Origin: Lytechinus pictus
Taxonomy: Eukaryota
Length of the DNA: 64,000 bases
Assembly (NCBI RefSeq): GCF_037042905.1
Contig: NC_087251.1
Coordinates: 9,612,001-9,676,000, forward strand
Reading direction: 5' to 3'
In this document: positions 27,458 to 39,613 of the stretch, in pieces
Layout: each line of letters opens with the position of its first letter
How positions within the stretch are numbered: the first letter of the stretch is position 1
Notes under the pieces: model-generated
Database searches by the model: none
Told to the model about the DNA's origin: nothing
What the model saw: the letters and a program-made list of their open reading frames with translations, nothing else
Position numbers and translations under genes: made by a program

Positions 27458-30400
27458 CTGTATAAGATATGAAAACCTTTGGAATATCAAACAGGTATTA
27501 TTAATCTTGAATTCATACTGTGTTCTACAATGACTAACATATTCAGAGTTTAAATAACATAATCAATAATTTATTATAATTCCTCATGTTATTGTGATTA
27601 CATGTTGCTTTTTTCTATGAGGAGTATTGAAGAGAGCTTGAATTTTGTAAAAAAAAATAATAATAACAAGAATTAGCTTTAAGAATGCACTGAGGATACT
27701 GAGAGGTTTACAAGGAAATGCAAGCTTGCAAGGGAATAAGCTGAAAAGTAGCTACAAACATTTCTCTGGTGCAAGTTATAGGAACTGCACACCAGTTGAA
27801 ACACAATAAAATAATAAGAATCTTTGATGAGATCAATAAATGGCTAACTGCGAGTGTGACTTAACAAGTGCAGTGTATAATGAATGGGCAATAAACAGTA
27901 TTAATATAAGTTATATAGAGATAAGGAGCTATGATAATCTGATCCATCAAGGGCCATTATTAGAATTGTCCATTAAATGAAACCATACAGTGTAATGCAG
28001 AAGCTGTCAAATAGCTCAGTGCTCTTACATAGAAGTAAATGAATTTCATGATACTTATGCATGTACTTTTAATCAGATATCTGATTCAAACACTTCAAAT
28101 TTTATCAATGGATTACTTGCTTTTTTCAAGCATGTTATTAAGGAAAGAGTAGCATGTTCACTTGCAGTAAATTAATTAACTATAATTGTCTTTACTAATT
28201 CCTTATATTCACTTGATTAATAATCTGTAAACTCACTGAATTTATAACTACAGAAAAAGGTGACATATCTTATCTTGGAATTTATGTTCCAATAGCTTCT
28301 ACCAGAATTCAAATTAGCTTGAAATATTGAGTGGGAAAAGAAAACAAGAGTACTGAAATGTACACTAATAAACTACTTATAATGCCCAAGTATTGTACTA
28401 GTAAAAAGCATGATGAATATTAGCCACATACAAATGAGGCAATTATTTCAGAAAAATACATTGATGCAAAAAGAAAAAAAAAACAGAAGACAACCTCTTT
28501 TAATACAACCTACCTTATTCTATGAATGAAAAAAAAGAAAAATAGCTTAATGCACTTCTATTCTATATTTCAGAAAATAAAGTAGAGATAGCAAATATCA
28601 TTTTATATTTACAATGTTTATATAAAAGTTTATGAAAGCAAATGAGAACACTTGGGTATGTATTCCACCACATACAGATATTGAAAATAAAATACTGTAC
28701 ACTGTACATGTCTATCATGATAGTATATATTGGGTCTAGCAACACAATGCTTAGTGTTTGATCATAGGACTGATTTTTAAGTTTGATTGAATTGATCATA
28801 TAAATCAAATGTATGATCAATCACTAACCTTTGTGTACCAGTTCTACAGAATCAGGTAGAGGTCATCAAGTAATTTGCATACATTACTGATAATTTAAAC
28901 AACTTGAATACACACTTCAATCATGAATTCACACTTTCCAACTTACAACAAAATTACAACTCATTCATTACCCTTCATAACTTGGCTTAAAGCAATCTAC
29001 CAATTGAACTTTTCAGATATAATTACAAAGTCCAATTTTTACAGAGGGCTGGACAACCACATTCATTTTTATTCTACTTCTCAAGTTTCTATAAAAATAT
29101 TCAAATATTCAAATCAAAATACAGACATTTCAAAATAAAGTGAATATGCAAAATATTTGATTAGAGCTACATAGACTACAGATTTTCATGTGTACACACA
29201 GCTTGGATTATGCATGTATTATTATAACATGTTTGTATTACTTATTACTGTCGTTTGTCTGTCATGGATATTTACAGCATTGCACATTTTCTTTTTTAAT
29301 GAATGAAAGTGTGATAAATAACCCTGATACCAATTTATGATAGTAAATACAGACTAAATAAAAAGGCAAGACTACAAAAACTATGCACAGCAAGCAGCAT
29401 TTAAACATTTCTTTAAACAATTCCTTTTTGCACACAACTTAAAACATTATCAACACGTCTAGAATGAGAATGCTAAATATTAAACATGATTTACATTTCT
29501 TTTCAAAGTAGCAATATGTAAGGACAACAGAATTCATCACAGTCAGATTTTTACTAAGTAATTTTACCACATGAAAATGAACCAGATATTTATATCACTG
29601 GTTTGCACTCAGAGAGCCTGAAAATCAATACCATACACATTATTTTTCTTTTTCAAATAAGACAATGAAGAAAGATGCAGTTAATATGAAATGCTAACAG
29701 AATGAAAGACAGAGGGCATATTATATAATGGAAAATTGCATAAATCGGAAATGTAGTTTGTATAGAAATTAATCAATGATATATCATCACATTAACATGT
29801 AATCAAAAGTTGCATAATATTGATGGTTACCCACATAGAAATCATCAAAAACATTGACTGATCCTCGATAAGTTTTATTCTCATACTGTCATCCAACTGT
29901 CTGCAAATATATATGTGCCTGGAGCATCTATACATGTAGTAATGAATGTTTCATTTTATAAATACTGTCCTTATTACCATATGTTATACTTTGTATTGTT
30001 AAAATCAAGAAGCTAGCTTTCTCATTCCAAAATTTAAGGCCTTAATTATGATCACCATCTACTTGTTTGACAACTTGCATGACATCCTATTGGAGGTCAA
30101 GATCTAAAAAAAACTATGTGATTGTGATTTAAATTAATAACATTCAGTACATTCACATTAACTAGTGCGCCATCAGCAAGCCATGACAGGCTCTGTTTTT
30201 TTTCTGATCAGCCAAATCATGAGGTATTATATTAATGTTGCAGAATGAGTGTATGGCACATTGTTGGAATCACAATATAGTTTTACATTTCTAACGAGAA
30301 GCTTTTTTAAATCTTCCTAAGTGAAACTGCTGATTGAATACCAAGGTCTACTATTTTTGTTGATTTTAAGTACAGTGTTGGATGTTGGCATTTGATGTTA

Positions 30401-31281
30401 AGGGTGAAAATCAAGCTGCTTTATGAAGCTCAAAATAATCTCTGGGTTTATTAAACAATACCTATTTCATTATTGATAGTTCATCTTAAATGTCAATAGT
30501 AACACCAACAATGTTTCAAGTTGGATATTGTGGCTGGTGTTTATTTTGCTCCAACACCACTGACATTTGACACTGTACTTGAAATCAGCCACATCATATT
30601 GGAGTATGGTGGTCCCTCACTTAAAGGGTGTACCAACAAACTTACAATCTGTATACTGCAAACATCAACTACAATAGTTGCAATCAACAGATCAACCTTA
30701 TCTGCAGAAAATCATCTCATACTTGTAGAAATAATTTTCCAATCAACTTTGTAATAAATCATACCGCTGTTGATTTCAATACCAATTCAAATGATGATGG
30801 GCATTTTTCTATATTAATTCCATCATCCATTCATCTACATCAAATATCAGCTGTAAGGTGAAGTACATTGGAAACAAATATGTGGCTGAATTTTTTTCAA
30901 TGTAGAAAATATATAACACTTTAATAGAAATATCTTCACAAATTAATTGCTTTGCAAATGTAGATATGAATAATGCACAGACTTCATGAATTCGCTAAAA
31001 TTCAAAAAATATGTCATGACTGAGAAGGAGTCACTATTTCTTTTATAAAAAGTCCACAGAAACAAGTCAAATATCATAAGAAGTCACTGCTAGTCACGCA
31101 TATATGTACATAAGATAGGTAGCATATGTTTAAAAGCTTAAGACCGAATCAGGATGACAACCCGTTTTATTCGATGTTTAAGAACTGTCTTTAATCAAAG
31201 ATGTTCTAAGAGGAAACTTATGTAAATATCTAGAAATCATCCTGTAGGTCTGTCCATCCATATATAGAGCAATTCCTACAG

Positions 31282-33171
31282 GGGCAGGATTCTGAAAATC
31301 GTGTTATCTCTCTGATTTAACACGCCCCTAATATACCCCAAAATCGGTATTCTGAAAAGCGTGTTATCTGCTTGTTATCTCAATTTTTGTTATCTTTAGC
31401 TCCTCCAACTCTGAATCTATTAAATCCAATCAAATGCGCTGTTAAAGAAAAGATCACACAGAATTTTCAGGTGAAAAAATTAGTGCGCGCGTGGTGACAT
31501 CATCACTGTAAGCGCATACAGCACATTACAGAGGTACAGCTAAATAAAAGTTAGAGCTAGATAGAGACATGAGGGGTGATTGTGGCAATTAAGAATGGAT
31601 TATTTCGGACAGCAGGAGTATGAAATTATAACAGAAGACAGAGGCCACAATCGATAGTGGAAAAAGCAGGGGGCAATCACCCCATGAAAAAAGGGGGGGC
31701 AGACATATCTATTTGCCCCCAATGAATTTGAGAACTTAAAAAAAAAAATGCAATGCAAACTTAAAGGTCAAGTCCACCCCAGAAAAATGTTGATTTGAAT
31801 AAATAGAGAAAAATCAAACTCGCAATACGCTGAAAATTTCATCAAAATCGGATGTAAAATAAGAAAGTTATGACATTTTAAAGTTTTGCTTATTTTTCAT
31901 AAAAACAGTGATATGCACAACTCAAATGAGACAGTCGATGATGTCCTTCGCTCACTATTTCTTTTGTTTTTTATTGTTTGAATTATACAATATTCAATTT
32001 TTTATAGATTTGACAATAAGGACCAACTTGACTGAATCATATAGTATTAAGCAATGCCCATTCCATATGTTCAGGGAGGAATTAATCGTTGTTTCACTTG
32101 ACAATAAGGAGAAAAATAGAATATTCCCTATTTCATATAATAAAATACAAAAGAAATAGTGAGTGGATGATGTCATCAGTCTCCTCATTTGCATACCCAC
32201 CAGGATGTGCATATAACTGTTTTGTGAAATTAAGCAAAACTTTAAAATGTCATAAATTTCTTATTTTACATCCGATTTTGATGAAATTTTCAGTGTTATG
32301 CTTGTTGGATTTTTCTCTTTTTATTCAAATCAACTTTTTGTTGGGGTGGACTTGTCCTTTAAGAAGCATGAAAAGCACTTTTAATGAACACTAAACTTGA
32401 CATAGAAATGTTAATTATCACACATACAAAATTGTATTTTTTGGGTGCGCTGCGCACAATTCTTTATAATAATTTGGTGTGCAGAATGATCAGCCAAAAA
32501 ATTCCAGTCGTTGAAACTATGAGTTGCTTATTGAAAGGGGAAAAATTTTGCAAATATTATAGAAGCTTCCCCAATTCCATGTTCTTAACAATTACATTCT
32601 TTTTAATTGCTGTTTATGCTTTTTTTATGCTGTCTTTAATTTTCTTCCTCTCCTTTTTGTCCTGTTTTACAATATGGAAAAAGTAACCAAATAAATCATT
32701 TATGAGCATATGATTTCTACGTAAGCCAAGTTAAAGACGAGTTTGAAGGGTATTTTCACAGGAAGTTCAAGACATTGTTAGTAGAGAGAAAGGTAGATCG
32801 AGGGCCAAAAAATGCAGGAAAAAAATGAAAGAAAATTACAGGAATTTCTGCCATACGATAGCTTTATGCCAGTTTATGTTGTTTTTGACGTTTGCGTCTG
32901 CTAGAAAAAGTGCAGCCATCGTCATCCCCAACTTAACTCCTCCTTAGTGCAGTGTTAAATGTTTGTGTTATCTTTGAACAAAATTTTTGCTAACACCATT
33001 TTCAGAATACCAAATTTCGTGTTATCTTCCTCCCTAACACCACGTATGGGAGTTGCGCTTCGCGCACTGCGGCCATGCGCGGTGTTACCACTTGGGCCAC
33101 ATGCTTTTCATGCTAACACGATTTTCAGAATACAAATCTTGTTAGCTAACACGGTTTTGAGAATACCGCCC
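31282..33171. mobile_element. Harbinger-like non-autonomous element downstream of the NEK9 stop
   Basis: GGGCAGGATTCTGAAAATCGTGTTATC vs GCTAACACGGTTTTGAGAATACCGCCC; subterminal motif repeated at both ends; flanks CAG and CCG. Confidence 0.75.
31765..32358. mobile_element. Kolobok/T2-type MITE nested in the Harbinger-like element
   Basis: TTAA TSD; termini AGGTCAAGTCCACCCCA / TGGGGTGGACTTGTCCT; ~150-bp inverted arms. Confidence 0.85.
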
Positions 33172-33482
33172 CCGGCGATTCAAGGTCCTTTTTCCCATCA
33201 ATGATAAATCATTCAAGCAGTGATTGTTAGATGATCAGAATCCTAAAAAGTCATCTACACTGGAAAGAAGATTACCAGGAGACCTTGACTGGCTTTCTTA
33301 ATGCACTGCATAATGTGGAACCACAAGGTACGAAGCACAACAATGGCCTAGCTCAGAAGCATGGTACAAGGTTGATTCTCTGAATCTTTCATCAATCTCA
33401 CAAGTCACAAATGATGATGATGTTAGAGGATTATAAAGCATCGTGAAGACAGTCTCTTGTTTTGAAACAGACAAATTAAAGA

Positions 33483-33566
33483 TCATACCCCTGTTCCCTC
33501 TATCTGTGTCAATCGCTTCTCCAGCTCTAGAAGACGTGCTTGCTGGTCAGACACCATGTTAAACAG
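33483..33566 (-). CDS. NEK9: NEK9 exon 22, coding part ([27 protein letters not shown])
   Basis: TTTTCTGCAG acceptor; continues the coiled-coil heptads; TGA at 33483-33485. Confidence 0.85.
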   Translation of the reverse strand: MFNMVSDQQARLLELEKRLTQIEGTGV

Positions 33567-36500
33567 CTGCAGAAAAAAAGGATAGCCAAAACAATCAAAG
33601 AAGGATAGCCATAACTATCAAACTTCTCAAATTATAATCATAACAAAAATACTGTCAAGAATTATCTTTCTTGAAATGAAAAAATGAGAGCATCTGGCAA
33701 AAAATTATTATTTCCATGACGAACTGATAATTTGATAGATATGTTACTCCTTCCAATATATTTAGATACCTGGATTGGAGAAAACTATTCTATGAATCTA
33801 ATTAAAAACCAAATGTATTTCAATTCATATGACATTCTATCAGCTTCCTTTACTTAAGCTTAATTCTAAAAATAATAGAAAAGAACATTTCAATTAGGCA
33901 TCTTTTCATGAATATGCTCAAAGTTTTAACACATCAACTAATATCAAAATCTTATTCCTACCTTCTGGTTCTCATTTTCTAGATGTGTGACCCTGTCTCT
34001 CAGAGCTTCCACCTCTGCATCTCTAGCTAAACCCATCTTGAAAGAATCCCCAGACTGTGAGAGTGCTGCAAAGCTTAGAGGAGGTACAAAGTGAGGACGA
34101 TGGAAACCACTGTCTGTAGAACCTGTACCATCTAATGTGGGTTTATCTGATGGGAGTTTGTTTGTTGTAGAGTTGTGTTGAGATGGATCGTTATTGATAG
34201 GAGTGGCAGAATCCGTCCTATCGTTATTTACAGACTCTATCGTTGGCATGGGAATAAATTCAGCTTCCTCCAGCTCCTAAAAGTAGGGATAAAATTAATA
34301 AATGTGTGAAACAAACTATTGGAAGCAAGGCAGAAACTCAACATCTAATAATGTCAACAATTTACAATAGTAACAAAAATGCCATAAACCTAACAAATAT
34401 TTATCCTTTTACATACCGTAAGTAACGGACTATAAACCGCACCCCCAACTTTGAACTAAAAAAAACAAAAACAAAATTCATCACACTCTCTTTCTAAATC
34501 CTTCTCACAGTTAATTACATGCATATTTGAGGTACCAAGAGACCGAAAAACTAAGGAAAAGATTTCAAATATCAAAAGAGACTACTGGTATACGGAAATC
34601 TGCTGTTCTTGATCAATTAATCTACAAATGATAGCAAGAAAGAAAGGTTCCGACATTATTGGCCACTTACACACTCACCTCACAGTGTACACACACACAC
34701 AGTGTTACAACCGATAATGTCGCACCAACGCAAAATGTCGCAGTCAACGCATAATGATGTAGTTTTTCTAACGCATAACGTCACATGTCGCAACGCATAA
34801 TGTCGCAGCAAATTGTCAACGCATTATGTCACATGTCGCAACGCATAATGTCACAGCGGTATTTTCTTCAGGACTCAAGCTACAGATAAGATATAAAATA
34901 TGCTTTCACTAAGTATTTTGAGACACGAGAAAGAGAATTGAGTGATTTGGAAATCAGGATTACTCTTTGTATGGATATTTATCGGTTTATTGCCATTTCG
35001 TCTACTGCCTTTTCCCCCACTATCGCATGGTCTGATATCATTTCGTCTACCATTAGTTAGTCAACTATCAACATAGTTTAGTCCAATAACCATTTCGTCT
35101 AATTACCAATACGCTGTGACATTATGCGTTGCGACATGTGACATTATGCGTTGACAATTTGCTGCGACATTATGCGTTGCGACATGTGACATTATGCGTT
35201 AGAAAAACTACGACATTATGCGTTGACTGCGACATTATGCGTCGGACGCTCTTAGCATAATGTCGCAATCTGCGACTTTATGCGTTGGTGCGACATTATC
35301 GGTTGTAACACACAGCACTGCCGTTCTTGTACATTGCAAAGTGCGATACGGTACCGGTACATCACATCACGATATCATCAAATTATGCTACTGTGTCTTT
35401 CCTGGCGTAGGAGAGGAAAAAACATTCACATTTCCGCATCACAACCTCACTATCACTCTCGGAATTTGTCTAGCATTCAATGTCTTACTTTTAGCATGAA
35501 TTTTGGATACGGGATTACAGGAAGTTTCGAGAAACAGAGAATTTGTGCATTTTTTTTCAGTTGTTTTTTACGGCTTCGTGTCGTCTAGTCTCACGTGCGT
35601 GTGTGGTGGTATCTTATGAAAAGGAAACAGGAAAGAAAAAATAAGCTGGCGCGCGGGCAGTAATTTCGTAATGGGACTTGTACTTCGGGGGAGGGGGGGG
35701 TAAAATGAATAGCGCCAGCTTAAGTCGCACTATACAACGCAAGCTCTCAGCTGTGACAAAATATTACAGAGTATGCTTGGCGTCTGTTTGAACTTAGCCA
35801 GGGAACTTTGCTGCTTTGAATCAATGACTTAAGAATAAAGCCAAAATTAGTGTCATGAAGGGAGGTGCATTTGTTAATTAAACTTTTATGGACATTGGAC
35901 AATATTTGATTAAGATCGTAATAATCGCTTCCCATTACCCGCGGCTCATACCCCTCTAAAGGACATTGCCCTAGGCGGCTACGCCCGGCCACTTGATGTG
36001 TTGTGAACTGGCAGACGTGTATGGTACATGTTCGGAAGGGGTTACGACGGGCTGCTAATTATTATTTTCTTGAGTCTTTCTCTAGCCTTGTCATCATAAC
36101 AGACATCAAAAAAATAAACCAAACTGATTTCTCTGTGAATAACCTTCGTTCAGGGGGAAATGGACTTGGTTTTTTTTTTAGGCCGAGTCCGGCTCAGACC
36201 TATCACCGTGAATAAACCGCACCCCCGACTTTTGCTTCTATCCCGCCGAGAAAAAGGTGCGGTTAATAGACCATTACTTACGGTATATGACATCAAGAAT
36301 TTTTTTAACTTTCTGCTTTAAAATGTATGCTAAAGACAACATAATAATATTGAAGTAACTAAACATGTATGATTTACAAGGTGATAGGTTCTATTGTTAC
36401 CCATACTGGGTCACCTATAAAAAGTAGGTATATTAGGTCAGAGTGCCTCAGGCCAGCTCAACGGAACCCCACTGACCTCTTCAAATTTTTCAATGATATG

Positions 36501-39500
36501 ACTTCAGTCTCAGCAGGACATGAGAATAAATCTTTCAGGTTTTTTTCACTTACTTAAAAAAAGGGAATTCAAATGTTGTTTCAGTGAAATTGATCTGTGG
36601 TATCAAGATTTTTTTTTTTGTGCTCAAACTTATCAATTTTACTATATCCCATTTATCTGATTACCCTATTGCAATACACCATCAGAATCTGGAAAAAAAG
36701 TTCTAACATAAGTCAGCCCTATTACAAGATATACTTACATTTTTAAGCCATGGTGGCATGCTGCTTTCTTCACTATTCTCATCATCATCATCATCTCCCC
36801 CTCCATTACTTCTTTCATCTCTTTGGCTCACACTGCCACCGGTCTCTTGTCCAGAACTCCCTGTGTAATGTTCTACATCATTTGATGATGTCTCTGGTGT
36901 ATGATTGGCAGATGGGACTTGCAGTGATGACTGTCTTGATTCAACACTCTGAGAGCTTCTTACAGGTGTTGGATCAGGGGTGCTCTTCTCGCTCTCTTGA
37001 TCAAAGCTTTCTGTAAAGACACTATCTTGGCTGACTTGGGAACTCACTGAACAAAACAAAGATTAGAGAAACACTGCAACTTCACTGCAAGCAATACACA
37101 TTGTGTTAGTTTAATCGAGCTTTAATTGAAAATAAATGTGGTAACATTATTCTAGTAGATCTTAATTCTTCACTTGTATGAGCTCTCAATTGTATGAAAT
37201 TTATAATTTTGCTCACCAAAATATAAAGCACTTATGACAGGCTAAGTTTTAAGGAATCCAAATTAAAGAGAGTGATTACCTTTCAGCTTTTATCAATTTC
37301 ATTGAAAATATAGCAACTTTTATTAGTTAACAGAAGTGTGCATTTGAGTTGTTAATTAGTGTGGTTGAGTACTCTGCAATAAAATTGTTCATTGAATTCC
37401 ATTCCCATATTGGCGGACTTTTACGGGGTATACTGCAACAATGTATCTTCATTTAAAAGTATTTATTTTATGAGCAGAAAATGGTATGGGTAAAATACCA
37501 AAATAGGACGATATACAATGGCACAACACCAATCCATGTTTAATGAAACAAGATAGGGCAAGGATGTATTCCCTGTATTTAGCTTCCATTTCGCTTCCAT
37601 TTCTGTTACAAGAAGAGCTAAACATCTTATTAAAATCCAATCAGATTTGTAAGATAAAAAACGGTACCAAAGCAGGTGCTAAAATTGAGCCCCTTCCAAC
37701 ATCTGATGCAGAAAGTTGGTGATGAAAGTGAGCACTTTCAAACTTTTGCTGCTAATAGTTTAAAAGGTCTTTAAAAAACAGATTATCATCCTCACTTAAC
37801 AGATTTGGTTTCTTGCAACTTCTAAAGTCTTAAATGCTTATATAGGGTGTTGCAAGAAAATATTTACAATAAATTACATATTTTCAATTCACAGATCAAT
37901 TTGAAGTATAGCAATCAAATCTAATTTTCTTGTTTAAAAAAGCAGACCAGCAATTTAGTCCAATTTTGCAATTACTTTCAATAGTTGTGAATAATTTTGG
38001 GACTCAAAAATGACTTGCACTTGATTGTGAGTTTCTTGCAACACTCCATTAGTAGTATTAAGTAACACAAATTAGTTTACCAAAGACACTTTAAACTTAA
38101 ATATATACAATCATGAATTAAAGAAATTATATTTGATTGAGGAAAATCTTTAAACAATCCAATTACAAACAAAGAAAAAAAAATACAATTGAATAATATC
38201 AATTCATCCAAAGCAAGGGTGCTATTAGCATCACATTTGTGCACAACCAAGTAGCCCTTAAAACACAAATGTTGGAGCAAACAGCATTCTCACATCAGCA
38301 CAAGAAATCAATATGCAGTGCTTACACCATTCTTGTATCATGCTAAGTTTGAAATAAATTGCTTTTACCTTTGCTTGATGTACTATCCATCCGTGGTGAG
38401 CGGAACGTCTTTGATTTAGATAAAACTTTTTCTGTTATAGACATAAAGAATAACATCAAAATATTCATTAAATAAAATAAATCATAACCCAGAATTCTGC
38501 TGTTTCAAGCAATTAGAGTGCTAGTGGTATTATCCCATGACTATACATGTTTTCAACATTGGTAATAGTTTCATACCTTGTGATTCTTACAAGCAAAGGA
38601 ATTTCAATTTTAAACTAGCTAGTTAATCTGATATTTTGAATAGTGTAAAAGTAACATCTAAGCAATGTTTACCAATATGTACTTATTACAGATACACAAG
38701 TCTTATGGATCAATGGATAGGTTTCAAGATTTTTTAATCATTAAGTCTGGGGCTCATATTCCACCTCAACACTAATGTCCTATTGACAAGATATTAATCT
38801 TCATTTGCCACTCTCTATCCAGGAACAAATAAGTATCAGCAGGAAGAAATTCCTTTAATGCAGTTCATGTAGCTCAGCTCAAATGGGTTAATTGGAGTGA
38901 CTCAAATACCTTTAGTGAATACACAAATTTCCAGTATTAATTCTATAGTTATCATTGGTCTTAACATACAATAAACAGGATATTGGAAGGAATTTTTACC
39001 TGCAATGATAATGGTATGCCAGTATCTACAAGAGAGACCAGAGACCATATGAAGAGATCCGAATACAGGTTTAGGAGTAGAGATAGATTGTTTCTTCTTA
39101 TGACTACCAGAAAGGTCATCACCATGACCTAAACGACCGCTATCAACATGACCAAATGAAAAGATCTGGTTGTCTGTCAGGAGATTAATCAGGTGAAATC
39201 AAATAGAATGGAAAATAAATGAAATAGCACAGGCTACTCAAAAATCCAACCTACCACATCTACCTTGTTATTGTCTGAGGAAAACAGGTCATAAGTCATT
39301 TCTATATCAAATCATTAATAGTTGCAAAATTCAGCAATTGCTCTATTGTGCATACAATTTCATGTGGTCAAAATATAAGTTTTAAAATGGTATTTGCCAT
39401 CATTCCATGATACTTATAATTAACAACAGCCAGAATGTAATTATTTGTACATAGTTGGTTAATATTCCCCAAATATAATATTGTACATTCATTATGTGAT

Positions 39501-39581
39501 GAATATTACATCATCATCATTGCCATCATCATCATCAACATCATCATCATCATCACCATCATTATCATCACCATCATCATC

Positions 39582-39613
<32 letters not shown>

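Noticed and set aside
34681..34710. CACAGTG heptamers suggesting RSS or RAG-transposon ends
   Set aside because: The second heptamer is simply the CACAG TSD plus the TG terminus of the foldback element. There is no nonamer at 12/23-bp spacing, no matching opposite end and no RAG ORF.
34710..35290. Regularly spaced short repeats resembling a CRISPR array
   Set aside because: Spacers are only a few bases and not unique, the array is mirrored as TIR arms, the context is a eukaryotic intron, and there are no cas genes.
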